Counted from the first letter of the stretch, positions 50,143 through 60,295 are shown. The stretch is 64,000 nucleotides of DNA from Planctomycetota bacterium (GCA_965228735.1 OZ245838.1:4960001-5024000), one strand, 5' to 3'. A program made the numbers and translations. Notes: generated from the sequence alone by a model not told the origin.

Positions 50143-51818
50143 CAGCGCAGAGACGGGTACCACATCAGTTCGACGCCAGGCCACAGTCGCTGCAGCGCGT
50201 CGAGGTCCTTCGTCTCGTCGTCGTAGCGCACGTCGACCCACGCGAGCTGCAGCACGTCGAGCGGCTGCTCGGCCAGCGCGCGCAGGGCGGCGACGTCGAT
50301 CGGTTCCGCGGTGTTGAGGACGAGATGGCGCAGCCGCGGCAGAGTTTGCAGGTGGCGAACGCCAGCCGACGTCACGGCGATCGGCCCGCCGGTCTCGCCG
50401 TCGCCGATTGGCACCGGGTCGCGATCCGGGTAGCTGCCGACGTCGAGTTCTTCGAGCTGCTTCAGGTTCGCGAACTCACCCAAGGCGTCGTCGTCGATCC
50501 ATGACTGGCCGCGCAGCCGCAGGACCGTGAGGCCCTCGTGCCGAGCGATCGATGCGACGCACGCCGGCGTCAGAGCCGGGCAGTCCGACAGGTCGAGTTG
50601 CTCGAGCGTCGGCCGTTCGCCGAGCTCACGAACGTCATTGTCGTCGATGCGCCAGCAGTAGCGCAGATCGAGTCGTTGGAGCTGCGTCAGATGCGCCGGG
50701 ATGCGGTCGACCTCGGGGCACTCGGTGAGCGTCAGGCGCTGCAGCGAGGCAGGCAACGCGTCGAGTCCGGCGGCGGTCACCTGATGGCATCGCGGCACGT
50801 TGAGCTCCTCGAGTTGCTCCGCGCGCGCGAGGTGCCGCAGCCCCCGATCGCTGATCGCGCGCCGACTGCCGACCGACAGCTCGCGCAGCAGCGGCAGCCT
50901 GGCGATCACCTCGAGCACAGCGTCGGTGACGGCGTCCGTGCTGGCGTTGGGCCATGCGCCCTCGACGGTCCCGCGTCGTTCGCCCGCGAGATACCACGGC
51001 GCCGACAGGTCGAGCACCTGCAGCGTCGCGTGCTGCGCGAGCGCGAGATAGCCGGCCTCGGTCAGCCGATACGTGCCGCGCAGCCGCAGCTCGTCCAGCC
51101 GCATGCGGTCGAGCAGGCTGGCGAGCGCGCGATCGTCGACGTCGCCGCGGGCCTCGAGGCAGAGTCGCCGAACGCCGCCGAGCTGCGCGATCGCGTCGAT
51201 GTGGTCGCGAGAGAGCACGTCCACGCGACGCACCGACAGCTCCCCGAGGTTGGGCAGTTGCCGCAACGCCTCGATCACCTCGACCGCGAACTCGTCGAGC
51301 GCGACGAAGTGTACGGCGCGCAGTCGGGGCAGGTGCTCGAACACCTCCGTGACGGCGCTCGGCATCGGATACGGACGGAACCACATGCCGCCGTCGTCCA
51401 TGACCCCACTGATGGTCAGCGTCTCGATTCGCGGCAGCTCGCGGAGCAGCGCGTAGTCGTCCCGTCGCAGGCGACGGCACTCGACGTTCGTCGCGTCGCG
51501 CGGCAGCTCGCGGATCTCGGCGGCCGAGTGCACCACGGACGCGCCCGGCGTGGCGGGCGGTCCCTGCGTCGACTGCCACGACGGCCGCGTGACCGGTTGC
51601 GCGGTTCTTCGGTCCGTGCTGACCGCGACGCCGTAGACGGCAGCGATCGCGAGCAGCATCGAGATCGCGGCGAACAACCGTGGAGATCGCGTCTGCGCCG
51701 ACCGCATGGTGTCGCTGCGGCGCGTCTCACCCGGCTGCATGCCGGCCGACCCGCGCAGGACTTCCTCCAGCGTGATCTCGAGGTGCCGGTCGTAGACCTC
51801 GTCTTCGATCGTCTTCAT
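50142..51818 (-). CDS. Membrane-anchored leucine-rich repeat protein (putative anti-sigma)
   Basis: One TM helix, then LxxLxL..C..V/I.D.GL repeats; ATGA-coupled to the ECF sigma gene. Confidence 0.82.
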   Translation of the reverse strand: MKTIEDEVYDRHLEITLEEVLRGSAGMQPGETRRSDTMRSAQTRSPRLFAAISMLLAIAAVYGVAVSTDRRTAQPVTRPSWQSTQGPPATPGASVVHSAAEIRELPRDATNVECRRLRRDDYALLRELPRIETLTISGVMDDGGMWFRPYPMPSAVTEVFEHLPRLRAVHFVALDEFAVEVIEALRQLPNLGELSVRRVDVLSRDHIDAIAQLGGVRRLCLEARGDVDDRALASLLDRMRLDELRLRGTYRLTEAGYLALAQHATLQVLDLSAPWYLAGERRGTVEGAWPNASTDAVTDAVLEVIARLPLLRELSVGSRRAISDRGLRHLARAEQLEELNVPRCHQVTAAGLDALPASLQRLTLTECPEVDRIPAHLTQLQRLDLRYCWRIDDNDVRELGERPTLEQLDLSDCPALTPACVASIARHEGLTVLRLRGQSWIDDDALGEFANLKQLEELDVGSYPDRDPVPIGDGETGGPIAVTSAGVRHLQTLPRLRHLVLNTAEPIDVAALRALAEQPLDVLQLAWVDVRYDDETKDLDALQRLWPGVELMWYPSLR

Positions 51819-52357
51819 GCGTCTTCTCCTGGGTGGCGACGAACGCCGACCCGCTGCTCGATGCACGCTCGCAGCGCGGTTCGGGCCCGCCGCAGCAACG
51901 TCTTGATCCCGTTCCGCCGCAGCCCGAGAACGGCCGCGGCCTCGTCGTGTGACAGGCGATCCCGATACACCGCATCGACCGCCCGCCGGGCCCGGTCCCC
52001 GAGCTGTTCGGTGCAGCGACGAACCGCATCGAGCCACGCGTCGTTCGCCGGCAGCCGTTCGAAGTGCGACTCGACGGCATCGAGCCAGGCCGGATCCGCG
52101 ACGGCAACGCGCCGCCGCCCACGCCGTGCTTCTTCGAGCAGCAGGAATCGAGCCGACCGCCGGAGCCAGGTTCGTGCCTGTGCCGTCGTCGCGAACGTGA
52201 CCTGCTTGCGAACGGCCAACAACAGGGTCTCCTGCGTCAGATCCGCGGCGAGCTCTTCATCGGCACCAGCGACCCGCAGAAAGCGCCGCATCTCGCCCGC
52301 ATGGGCAGCGAGGCCGGCGGCCTCGATCGGCGGATGGGGGGAGCGGGTGGCGGACAT
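51815..52357 (-). CDS. ECF-type sigma-70 factor
   Basis: AADLTQET; LGLRRNGIKTLLRRAR; paralog of 407-1021. Confidence 0.88.
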   Translation of the reverse strand: MSATRSPHPPIEAAGLAAHAGEMRRFLRVAGADEELAADLTQETLLLAVRKQVTFATTAQARTWLRRSARFLLLEEARRGRRRVAVADPAWLDAVESHFERLPANDAWLDAVRRCTEQLGDRARRAVDAVYRDRLSHDEAAAVLGLRRNGIKTLLRRARTALRACIEQRVGVRRHPGEDA

Positions 52358-52474
52358 GTCGGTTCGGTGGCGACCGGTATTGGGATGACCGAAACCGGCG
52401 GCGAGGGGTTCAACGAAATCCGGGTTCGTTCCGCCCGTAACGCCGGTGATCGCCACGGCTATGACCGAGGTCGG

Positions 52475-53992
52475 ATGCGAGAGTCACATTGCAGCGATGC
52501 CAGAAGGTGGGAACCGGCGACCGCTTCGAGCTGGTCGCTGTTCGTCACGGTCGGGATCGTTGCTGCTGGTGCTGCGGCCTTGCATGAGCGGTCGCCGGCA
52601 TTCGCTATTGCCGCCGCGGCCGCCGTTGCCGTTGCCAACGCTGCCGGCGCGATTCTGTTGCGGCGGCGTAGGCCGGCCGAACTCGGATCACTGCGCGTCC
52701 TGCGTTTGCTGGTCTACGTCTGGCTCGGGGCGGTCGGTGTTGCCTCGCTCGCTGTCGCGTCGGGTTGGCTTGCTGCGGACAAGTACGACGAGCGGGTAGT
52801 CGTCCTGACGGTCGCCGGCACTCTCCACGCGGGCGTGCTGCTCGGCGCGACCTTGTGGCCCGGCATCGTTCGCGCCTGTTTCGGTCGGCTGCGGCCCGTC
52901 GACGTCGCGCTGAGCACTTGCGCCATCGCGCTGATCGGTCTCGAGCTGGCGCTGGTTCTCTGGGGTCGACTGTGGCCGTCACCGTTGGTCTGGGACGAGG
53001 CCTCGGCCGTCGCGCGGTTGGAGGCCGAACGGCTGCCGCCGGGCACGCGACTGTTCGGCTTTCCCGTGAACAGTCGCGGGTATCACGATGAGGAGTTCTT
53101 CGTTCGAAGGCCGGGCGACCTGGTTGCATGCGTGGTGGCGGATTCGTTCGGGGTCGGCGTCGTGCCGTACGACCACAACTTCGTCACGGTCGCCGAACGT
53201 CGACTCGCGGACGCAGTGGGGCCGAGCTTCGATCGTGTCGCGCTGCACAACTTCGGCGTCGCGTCGATCGGAGTGCAGCAGTACGTCCATCTGGTCGACC
53301 ACGAAGTGCTCGACCTGGACCCGGATCTCGTCGTCGTCGCCCTCTTCATCGGCAACGACGTTCTCCACGGCGGCCTCCGGAACGAGCCGCGCAAGTATTC
53401 GACGTTTCAGCGCTGGGCAATCTGGCGAGTCTGGACGCGGCTGCTGCAGCGGCAGCGCGTCATGCGGGAGGAGCCGGCGCTCGCCGAGATCGGTAGAAAG
53501 AAGATCACGAACCCGCCGTTCCTCGCGGACCCCGAGCTCGAGCAGCCGCACATGTCCGAGGCGCGGTTCCTCACGCTCGAGCGCGAACGTTTCGACGTCG
53601 TTCGGGTCGATCGCCCGGACGTCGCCGCGAAGTACGACCGGCTCTTCGTTGCGCTCGACTACTTGCGTGATCGCCTGCCGGATCGACTCCTCGTCCTGCT
53701 GATTCCCGACGAGTTCCAGATCAACGATGCCCTCTATCGTGACATCGTCGCCGCGGACCCGAGTGCTTCGCAGTGCGATCGCCAGGCGCCGAATCGCCGC
53801 ATCGCCGACTACTGCGCGCAGTTGGGTGTGCCGGTCCTGGATCTGTTGCCGGCGCTACGCGAGCACGTTCGCGCGGGTGGGGCGCGTCCGTATCACCTGC
53901 GCGATACGCACTGGAACGCGATCGGCAATCGGGTCGCCGGGGACGCTCTGGCTGCCTGGATCGCTGCCTGGGTGCGGTCGCGGTCGAAGTAG
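52475..53992 (+). CDS. Membrane-anchored SGNH/GDSL hydrolase (AlgX/AlgJ-like)
   Basis: N-terminal TM helices; ADSF, N.GV, GND, DTHWN..G. Confidence 0.8.
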   Translation: MRESHCSDARRWEPATASSWSLFVTVGIVAAGAAALHERSPAFAIAAAAAVAVANAAGAILLRRRRPAELGSLRVLRLLVYVWLGAVGVASLAVASGWLAADKYDERVVVLTVAGTLHAGVLLGATLWPGIVRACFGRLRPVDVALSTCAIALIGLELALVLWGRLWPSPLVWDEASAVARLEAERLPPGTRLFGFPVNSRGYHDEEFFVRRPGDLVACVVADSFGVGVVPYDHNFVTVAERRLADAVGPSFDRVALHNFGVASIGVQQYVHLVDHEVLDLDPDLVVVALFIGNDVLHGGLRNEPRKYSTFQRWAIWRVWTRLLQRQRVMREEPALAEIGRKKITNPPFLADPELEQPHMSEARFLTLERERFDVVRVDRPDVAAKYDRLFVALDYLRDRLPDRLLVLLIPDEFQINDALYRDIVAADPSASQCDRQAPNRRIADYCAQLGVPVLDLLPALREHVRAGGARPYHLRDTHWNAIGNRVAGDALAAWIAAWVRSRSK

Positions 53993-54008
53993 TGTTCGAA
54001 CCTGCACG

Positions 54009-54086
54009 TGGTACGCCCGGAGGGACTCGAACCCCCGACATCCTCCTTGTAAGGGAGGCGCTCTGAACCAACTGAGCTACGGGCGT
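54009..54086 (-). tRNA. tRNA-Val(TAC)
   Basis: ACGCCCGTAGCTCAGTTGGTTCAGAGCGCCTCCCTTACAAGGAGGATGTCGGGGGTTCGAGTCCCTCCGGGCGTACCA; cloverleaf with encoded CCA. Confidence 0.96.
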
Positions 54087-54148
54087 GCGCGCGGCAGAGC
54101 GTAGCCACGCGCGCGCCGATCAACTAGCTCGGATCGATTCGAGATCGG

Positions 54149-54430
54149 TCAGTCCGTGCGCTTGGGCACGAGCTGGGTCGACGAATCGCCCCACCAGGGC
54201 CAGACGCCGAACGCGGCCTGGAACGGGAAGGTGACGCAGTCGAACGCGAAGCCGCCGACGATGACCGGGAGGCCGACGATCGCGCGGAAGCCGTAGGACT
54301 CGGCGGCGTCGTCCGGCTTGTCGTAGATCGACGGCTGGTTGTAGGCCCAGCGCACGCCGTTGACGGTGCCGCACGCCGGCAGGGTGAAGAGCGCGAGCAG
54401 GAGCAGCGCGGGGTAGATTCGGGTTTTCAT
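54149..54430 (-). CDS. Small lipoprotein
   Basis: Signal peptide with LPAC; D...FP motif reminiscent of YceK/YidQ-like proteins. Confidence 0.7.
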   Translation of the reverse strand: MKTRIYPALLLLALFTLPACGTVNGVRWAYNQPSIYDKPDDAAESYGFRAIVGLPVIVGGFAFDCVTFPFQAAFGVWPWWGDSSTQLVPKRTD

Positions 54431-54620
54431 CGGTAGGCTCGTTGCCGTCGGTTTTGGCGGCTTCTCGGGTCCTTCGGCGCCGATGTTTCGGGGGCTTGAT
54501 CCGGTCCGTCCAGGCGCCGTGACATGGGCGCTTGGGGACCGGGGGCCGAGGGCCGCGATCTCGAATCGATACGAAAGCTCGACGGTCGATCCAGCCCGGT
54601 CCAGCCGGCGACTGGGCCGA

Positions 54621-55460
54621 CTAACCGAAGCGGCCTTCGATGTAGTCCGACGTCTCCTTCTGCTGCGGCGCCACGAACATCTGTTCGGTCGCGGTGTGCT
54701 CGACGACCTTGCCGAGCAGCATGAACACGCACTCGTCGCTGGCGCGGCGGGCCTGGGCCATGTTGTGCGTGACGATCAGGATCGAGTACTTGCCGCGCAG
54801 CTCCCAGATGAGCTCTTCGACGGCGGCGGTCGCCTCGGGGTCGAGCGCCGAGCACGGCTCGTCCATGAGCAGCAGGGTGGGCTTGGTCGGCAGCAGGCGC
54901 GCGATGCAGAGCTTCTGCTGCTCTTCGAGCGACAGGCTCGTGGCCTTGGTCGACAGCCGGTCCTTGACGCGGTCCCAGAGCAGCACCTGGCGCAGCGCCT
55001 GCTCGACGAGCGCGTCCTCGTCGGCGCGCGTGCACTTCGCGGTGCGGTGCAGGCGGTGACCGAAGAGCACGTTGTCGCGCACGGACAGCGGCAGCGGGTT
55101 GGGGCGCTGGAACACCATGCCGATGTGGCGACGCACCTGGATGGGTGAACTGTGCGGGCCGTAGATGTCCTCGCCGTGCACCCGGATCGTGCCGGTCGTG
55201 CGCACGTAGCCGAGGCGTTCGTTGATCCGGTTGACGCTGCGGAGCAGGGTGGACTTGCCGCAGCCCGACGGGCCGATCATCGACGTGACGATGCCGGGGC
55301 GAATGTCGAGGTTGACGTCGTGCAGCGCCTGGAAGTCGCCGTACCAGAGGTTCATGTCCCGGACCTCGATCGCGGCGTGCTCCTGACGGGTCGCGCTCGC
55401 GTTGGCCTTGCCGGTGGCAATCGCCGGCTCGGTGGCGGGTTGGAATTCGGGATCAGCCAA
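54621..55460 (-). CDS. pstB: Phosphate ABC transporter ATPase (degenerate signature motif)
   Basis: GPSGCGKST, FQRPNP, MDEPCSALDP, VTHNMAQA, YIEGRFG. Confidence 0.92.
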   Translation of the reverse strand: MADPEFQPATEPAIATGKANASATRQEHAAIEVRDMNLWYGDFQALHDVNLDIRPGIVTSMIGPSGCGKSTLLRSVNRINERLGYVRTTGTIRVHGEDIYGPHSSPIQVRRHIGMVFQRPNPLPLSVRDNVLFGHRLHRTAKCTRADEDALVEQALRQVLLWDRVKDRLSTKATSLSLEEQQKLCIARLLPTKPTLLLMDEPCSALDPEATAAVEELIWELRGKYSILIVTHNMAQARRASDECVFMLLGKVVEHTATEQMFVAPQQKETSDYIEGRFG

Positions 55461-56250
55461 AACGGCCCTCCAGGTAGTCCTTGGTGCGCTGGTCCTGGTC
55501 GCGCCCTTGGAACAACGCTTCGGTGTCGTCGACCTCGACGCATTCCCCCTTGAGGAAGAACGCGGTCCGGTTGGCGAGGCGGCGAGCCTGCTGCACGAGG
55601 TTGGTGACGAGCACGATGGTCATCTCCTGGCGCAGCTGCTTGAGGACCTCCTCGATGCGCATCGTCGTGACCGGGTCGACCGCGATCGAGAACTCGTCGA
55701 GCAACAGCAGCTCCGGGTCCTGCGACAGCGCGCGCGCGATCGTCAGGCGTTGCTGCTGGCCGCCGCTGAGCAGCGAACCGAGGCTCTTGAGGCGGTCCTT
55801 CACCTCGTCCCAGAGTGCTGCGCGGGTGAGGCAACGTTCGACGATGGTGTTGAGCTCGGCCTTCTTGCGCACGCCTCGCAGGCGGGGCGCCAGAGCGACG
55901 TTGTCGTAGATCGACAGCGGCAGGCCGACCGGCAGCGGGAAGACCACGCCGATCATCCGCCGCAGGGCGTAGAGGTTGCGAACGGTCGAGATGTCACGCC
56001 CGGCGAACGTGATGCGGCCGCCGACGCGCATGCCGTGCTCGAACTCGTCCATGCGGTTGAGCGCGCGCAGGAACGACGTCTTGCCGGAGTTGGCCGGGCC
56101 GATGATCCCGAAGATCTCGTTGCGGCGGACCTCGAAGTCGACGCCCGCGAGCGCCGTCTTGTTGCCGTAGTGGATCGAGAGGTCCTCGACGCGCAGCAGC
56201 GTGTCGTGGTCCGCTGCCGGCCGGTCGGGTGCGTTGGCAGTGGCTACCAC
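55453..56250 (-). CDS. pstB: Phosphate ABC transporter ATPase (degenerate Q-loop and H-switch)
   Basis: GPANSGKTS, LSGGQQQRL, LWDEVKDRL, YLEGRFG. Confidence 0.9.
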   Translation of the reverse strand: MVATANAPDRPAADHDTLLRVEDLSIHYGNKTALAGVDFEVRRNEIFGIIGPANSGKTSFLRALNRMDEFEHGMRVGGRITFAGRDISTVRNLYALRRMIGVVFPLPVGLPLSIYDNVALAPRLRGVRKKAELNTIVERCLTRAALWDEVKDRLKSLGSLLSGGQQQRLTIARALSQDPELLLLDEFSIAVDPVTTMRIEEVLKQLRQEMTIVLVTNLVQQARRLANRTAFFLKGECVEVDDTEALFQGRDQDQRTKDYLEGRFG

Positions 56251-57152
56251 TTCTTCTTCCCCCGGAGCTTCATGCGGAAGTAGATCGCCACCGCGTTCAT
56301 CGACAGGACCACGAGGATCAGCGTGAGCGCGACGGTGAACGGGATGTGATCCGGCACACCCTTGACGTGCATGGACACGCTGTAGAGGTGGTAGGACAGC
56401 GCCATCGACTTGTCGAAGAGGCTGCTCGGATAGAACTGCCGGAAGAACACCGCGCCCGTGAACATGATCGGCGCGGTCTCGCCGACGGCGCGGCAGACCA
56501 CGAGGATCAGGCCGGTGAGGATGCCGGAGCCCGAGTTGGGCAGCACGATCTTCCAGATCGTCTGCCAGCGGGTCGCGCCCATGTTCCAGCACGCGTCGCG
56601 GAACGCGTGCGGGACGGCCTGCAGTGACTCGCGCGTCGACACGATCACCACCGGCAGGGTCATGACCGCGAGCGTGCAGCCGGCCGCGAGCACCGATTTG
56701 CCGAACTGCATGAAGTAGACGAACGCGCCGATGCCGAACAGCGCGTGCACGATCGACGGCACGCCCGCGAGGTTGACGATCGCGATGTTGATCGTGCGGG
56801 TCAGCCAGTTGTCGCGCGCGTACTCGCTGAGGTAGATCGCGGCGGCGACGCCGAGCGGCAGCGAGAACGCCAACGCCACGGCCGTCATCCAGACCGTGCC
56901 GACGAGCGCCGTCGAGATGCCGCCCGCGGCGCCGTTGTCGGTTGGCTTGGTCGTGAGGAACTCCCAGGTCAGCCCGGGCGCGCCCTCGACGACCAGCACC
57001 GCGAGGATGCCGGCGGCCGGGATCAGCAGCAGCAGTGTGACGGCGAGGAAACCGAGCCGCACGAGCCGCTGGACGCTGAGCGCCTTCGTCTCGTTGGCGG
57101 AGGCGGCGAACACCCGTTCGGTGGTCGCGCCGGAGGCGTCGATGCTGGTCAT
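56244..57152 (-). CDS. pstA: Phosphate ABC transporter permease PstA
   Basis: AAIYLSEYA, NLAGVPSIV, GATRWQTI, GETAP. Confidence 0.95.
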   Translation of the reverse strand: MTSIDASGATTERVFAASANETKALSVQRLVRLGFLAVTLLLLIPAAGILAVLVVEGAPGLTWEFLTTKPTDNGAAGGISTALVGTVWMTAVALAFSLPLGVAAAIYLSEYARDNWLTRTINIAIVNLAGVPSIVHALFGIGAFVYFMQFGKSVLAAGCTLAVMTLPVVIVSTRESLQAVPHAFRDACWNMGATRWQTIWKIVLPNSGSGILTGLILVVCRAVGETAPIMFTGAVFFRQFYPSSLFDKSMALSYHLYSVSMHVKGVPDHIPFTVALTLILVVLSMNAVAIYFRMKLRGKKKW

Positions 57153-58132
57153 TTGGCGCTCCTCCGCCCGCGGACGATGCGATCGGCGATCAGGTTGACG
57201 CTGAACGTGATCAGGAACAGCAGCAGGCCGAGAACGAACAGGACCTGGTAGTGGTCGCTGCCGACGGCGGCCTCGCCGAGTTCGGCGGCGATCGTCGCGG
57301 TCAGCGTCGCGGCCGAGTCGAAGACGTCGTCGGGAATCATCAGGCGGTGGCCGGAGGCCATGAGCACGGCGATCGTCTCGCCGAACGCGCGGCCGACACC
57401 GAGCAGCACGGCGGCCGACAGGCCCGGGCGAGCGTGCGGCAGGACCACCTTGCGGATGACCTGCCAGCGCGTGGCGCCGAGCGACTCGGCGGCTTCGCGG
57501 TGGCTCTCGGGGACCGCTTTGAGCGCGTCCTCCGCGATCGTCGCGATGATCGGCGCCGCCATCAGGCCGAGGATGATGCCCGCGTTGAGCACGTTCAGGC
57601 CGATCTGCACGTCGAAGACGTCCTCGATGATCGGCTTCATCACGTAGAGGCCGATCACGCCCCAGACGACCGACGGGATCGCGGCGAGGATCTCGATGCC
57701 GATCTTGAGCCACTCGCGCTGGCGGCCGCGCGCGAACTCGCCGACGTAGACCGCGGCGGCGAACGCCAGCGGCACGCCGATGATCATGGCGACGGCCGTG
57801 ATCCAGACCGTGCCCATGATCAGCGGGGCGGCGCCGTATTCCGGAGGTTCGACCGTCGGCTCCCAGCGCCCGCCGAACAGCAGGTCGCCGAGGTCCATCC
57901 GGTTCACCATGAACTCCAGGCCCTCCGTGGTGATGAACAGGAAGATCGCGCCGATGAACAGGATCGCGGAGATGCCGCCCAGCAGCACCAGGACGCGCGC
58001 CGCCATGTCGGTGATCCAGGCGCGGTCGCGGCGGTCGAGCGCATCCGCCCAGGCCGCGTCCGCGCTGCTTTGGTCGGCACTGCGCAACAACTCCGGGGTC
58101 GGAGCCTGCGTGGCCTTGGGCTTCTTGTGCAT
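57149..58132 (-). CDS. pstC: Phosphate ABC transporter permease PstC
   Basis: LAAIPSVV.G, EAA..LGATRW, GRA.GET.AV, TATIA.E.GE. Confidence 0.95.
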   Translation of the reverse strand: MHKKPKATQAPTPELLRSADQSSADAAWADALDRRDRAWITDMAARVLVLLGGISAILFIGAIFLFITTEGLEFMVNRMDLGDLLFGGRWEPTVEPPEYGAAPLIMGTVWITAVAMIIGVPLAFAAAVYVGEFARGRQREWLKIGIEILAAIPSVVWGVIGLYVMKPIIEDVFDVQIGLNVLNAGIILGLMAAPIIATIAEDALKAVPESHREAAESLGATRWQVIRKVVLPHARPGLSAAVLLGVGRAFGETIAVLMASGHRLMIPDDVFDSAATLTATIAAELGEAAVGSDHYQVLFVLGLLLFLITFSVNLIADRIVRGRRSAK

Positions 58133-58149
58133 GAGTGGTGCCGTCACGG

Positions 58150-59214
58150 TCAGCTGGCCTGGTCTCCGCGCAGGCGCTCCATGAGTTCGCGCAGTTGCGG
58201 GGTGAGCTGGCGGTAGACGAGCTCGGGGCTGGCCGAGGTCTCGATGTCCCAGGCGAGCGCCGTCGTGTGGAACGGCAGGCGCGGCAGGTGTTCGAACGCG
58301 GCTGGCGTCAGGCAGACCACGACGTCGTAGTCGTCGAGCTGCGGCGTGCGTGCCTGCAGGTCCGTGGGCCACGCCGCGCTGAGGTCGAGACCGACGGTCT
58401 CGGCGAAGCGCACGAACGCGGGCGCCACCTCCTCGGCGGGCGACCAGCCGGCGCTCTCGTACTGACCGCTGTTGGGGAACGCCTTCTGCGCGAAGTGTTC
58501 GGCCAGCTGACTCGCGCCGTCGTTGCTCTCGTCGAGGAAGAGCATGCGGAAGGTCTTCTCGCCCTTGGACTGACCCGAAACGACGAAGACCGTCTCTTCG
58601 CAGACGTTCTTGGCCTGGTGGATGACGCGCTCGAGTCGATTGAGCGTGGCCATCAGGCTGAACAGGTCCTTGACCGGGCGGCTTCCGGCCTCGCCCTCGC
58701 GCGCGAGGTCGTCGAACACGCGATCGAAGTAGGGCGCGAACTGGCGCGCCGTCGACAGCACCTTCTTGGCGAGGTTGACGTCGCGTTCGTGGAAGCTGCG
58801 CAGACCGTCGGCGAGCAGACCGCGCGCCTGCTCGCTCATCGTGTTGATGTCGCGCGCGACGGTCTCCGGCGGGCGGTCGGACAGCTGGGCGGCGGTGCGC
58901 GAGATCGTCGCCGCGTAGTCGCCGATGCGCTCGAGCACGATCGCGAGTCGCAGGACCGAGGACACGAGACGCAGGTGGCCGGCGCTCGGCAGATGGCGCG
59001 CGACGAACGCGTGGCAGAGCCGGTCCAGCTCGCGGGTCTGGCGGTTGATCGTGAAGTCGCCGAGGACCGTCTCGGCCGCGAGCTGGCGATCGAGATTCAG
59101 GACCGAGCTGCAGGCGTCGTCGATCGTCGACAGCAGTTGATGGCCGATCTGCTCGACCAGGGTGCGGATCCAGTCGAGATCGCGCTGGAGTCGTTCTTCG
59201 TAGTGGGAGGACAA
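58150..59214 (-). CDS. phoU: PhoU fused to an ArsC/LMW-PTP-like domain
   Basis: LERIGDYA and LERV...AKN.CE (PhoU repeats), then MLFLDESNDGASQLAE...SAG..P...D.VV.L...W.I; TTG start inferred. Confidence 0.85.
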   Translation of the reverse strand: MSSHYEERLQRDLDWIRTLVEQIGHQLLSTIDDACSSVLNLDRQLAAETVLGDFTINRQTRELDRLCHAFVARHLPSAGHLRLVSSVLRLAIVLERIGDYAATISRTAAQLSDRPPETVARDINTMSEQARGLLADGLRSFHERDVNLAKKVLSTARQFAPYFDRVFDDLAREGEAGSRPVKDLFSLMATLNRLERVIHQAKNVCEETVFVVSGQSKGEKTFRMLFLDESNDGASQLAEHFAQKAFPNSGQYESAGWSPAEEVAPAFVRFAETVGLDLSAAWPTDLQARTPQLDDYDVVVCLTPAAFEHLPRLPFHTTALAWDIETSASPELVYRQLTPQLRELMERLRGDQAS

Positions 59215-59368
59215 CGGCCGGGCTCCATGAGGGGCGATGAGGGCGAGCCGGAATGAGAGTCGATGGCTGCTGCGAAAGCCAGCCAGGCGGGCCGGATGGC
59301 GGGATCTGAGCGGCCCGCCATGCGGCGGGGCGTTTCGGCGCGGCCCCGCGAGCGCGCGCAGGCGCGGG

Positions 59369-60232
59369 CTACTTCTTGAGCGGCACGTAGCCCTTGTCAC
59401 GCAGCACGGCCTGGCCGTCCGTGCCCTTGATCCAGCCGAGGTAGTCGCCGATCGTGCCGGTGGGCTCGCCGTTCGTGTACATGAACAGCGGGCGCGCGAT
59501 CGGGTAGGTCCCGGCCTGCACCGTTTCGATGGTCGGGGCGATCGGGTCCGCACCCGCGCTCGGCGCGATCGGCACGATGCGCACGTCGTCGGTCTTGTAC
59601 GCGAGGCCGCTGTAGCCGATCGCGCTCTTCGAAGCGGCGCAGAACTCGACGACGTCCTTGCTGCCGTTGAGGTTGTTGCAACGCTGCTTGAAGCGCCCCT
59701 TCTTGCCGAGCACCTTCTCGCGGAAGCACTCGTAGGTGCCGCTGTTGTTCTGGCGGCTGCCGAGCTGGATCACGTTGGTGGCGTCGCTGCCCATGTCCAG
59801 GCCGAGGTCCTTCCACGACTCGATCGCGCCGCCCTCACCGAACAGCGCCTTGAGCTGGTCCATCGTCAGCGACTCGAGCGGGTTGTCCTTGTGGACGAAC
59901 ACCGCGATGCCGTCGAAGCCGATCGTGTGCTGCACGGGCTCGACGCCGTTCTTCTGCGCGTTCGCGATCTCCTTGTCCTTGAGCGGGCGGCTGCAGTTGG
60001 CGATCTCGCAGTCGTTGGCGATCAGCGCCGCGACGCCGACACCCGAGCCACCACCCGAGACCGAGATCGGCACTTCGGGGTGGATCGTGCCGTACTTCTC
60101 GGCGAGCGCGCCGGCAACTTCGAGCAGCGTGTCCGAACCGATGTTCTCGATCTCGGCAGCGGCGTTGCTCTCACCGCAGGAAGGCAAAAAGGCGGTCGAG
60201 GCGACCAGGGCGTAGGCGAACAGGTTCTTCAT
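59369..60232 (-). CDS. pstS: Phosphate-binding lipoprotein PstS
   Basis: GSDT, GGGSG.G, SR, R..NSGT, AIGY, YPIARPLF.Y; lipobox LPSC. Confidence 0.95.
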   Translation of the reverse strand: MKNLFAYALVASTAFLPSCGESNAAAEIENIGSDTLLEVAGALAEKYGTIHPEVPISVSGGGSGVGVAALIANDCEIANCSRPLKDKEIANAQKNGVEPVQHTIGFDGIAVFVHKDNPLESLTMDQLKALFGEGGAIESWKDLGLDMGSDATNVIQLGSRQNNSGTYECFREKVLGKKGRFKQRCNNLNGSKDVVEFCAASKSAIGYSGLAYKTDDVRIVPIAPSAGADPIAPTIETVQAGTYPIARPLFMYTNGEPTGTIGDYLGWIKGTDGQAVLRDKGYVPLKK

Positions 60233-60295
60233 GGCAGTTCTCTGGGGGCCGGATTGGCGGCCCGGTTCTTCACGCGAGAAGAGGACAGCCGGCTC

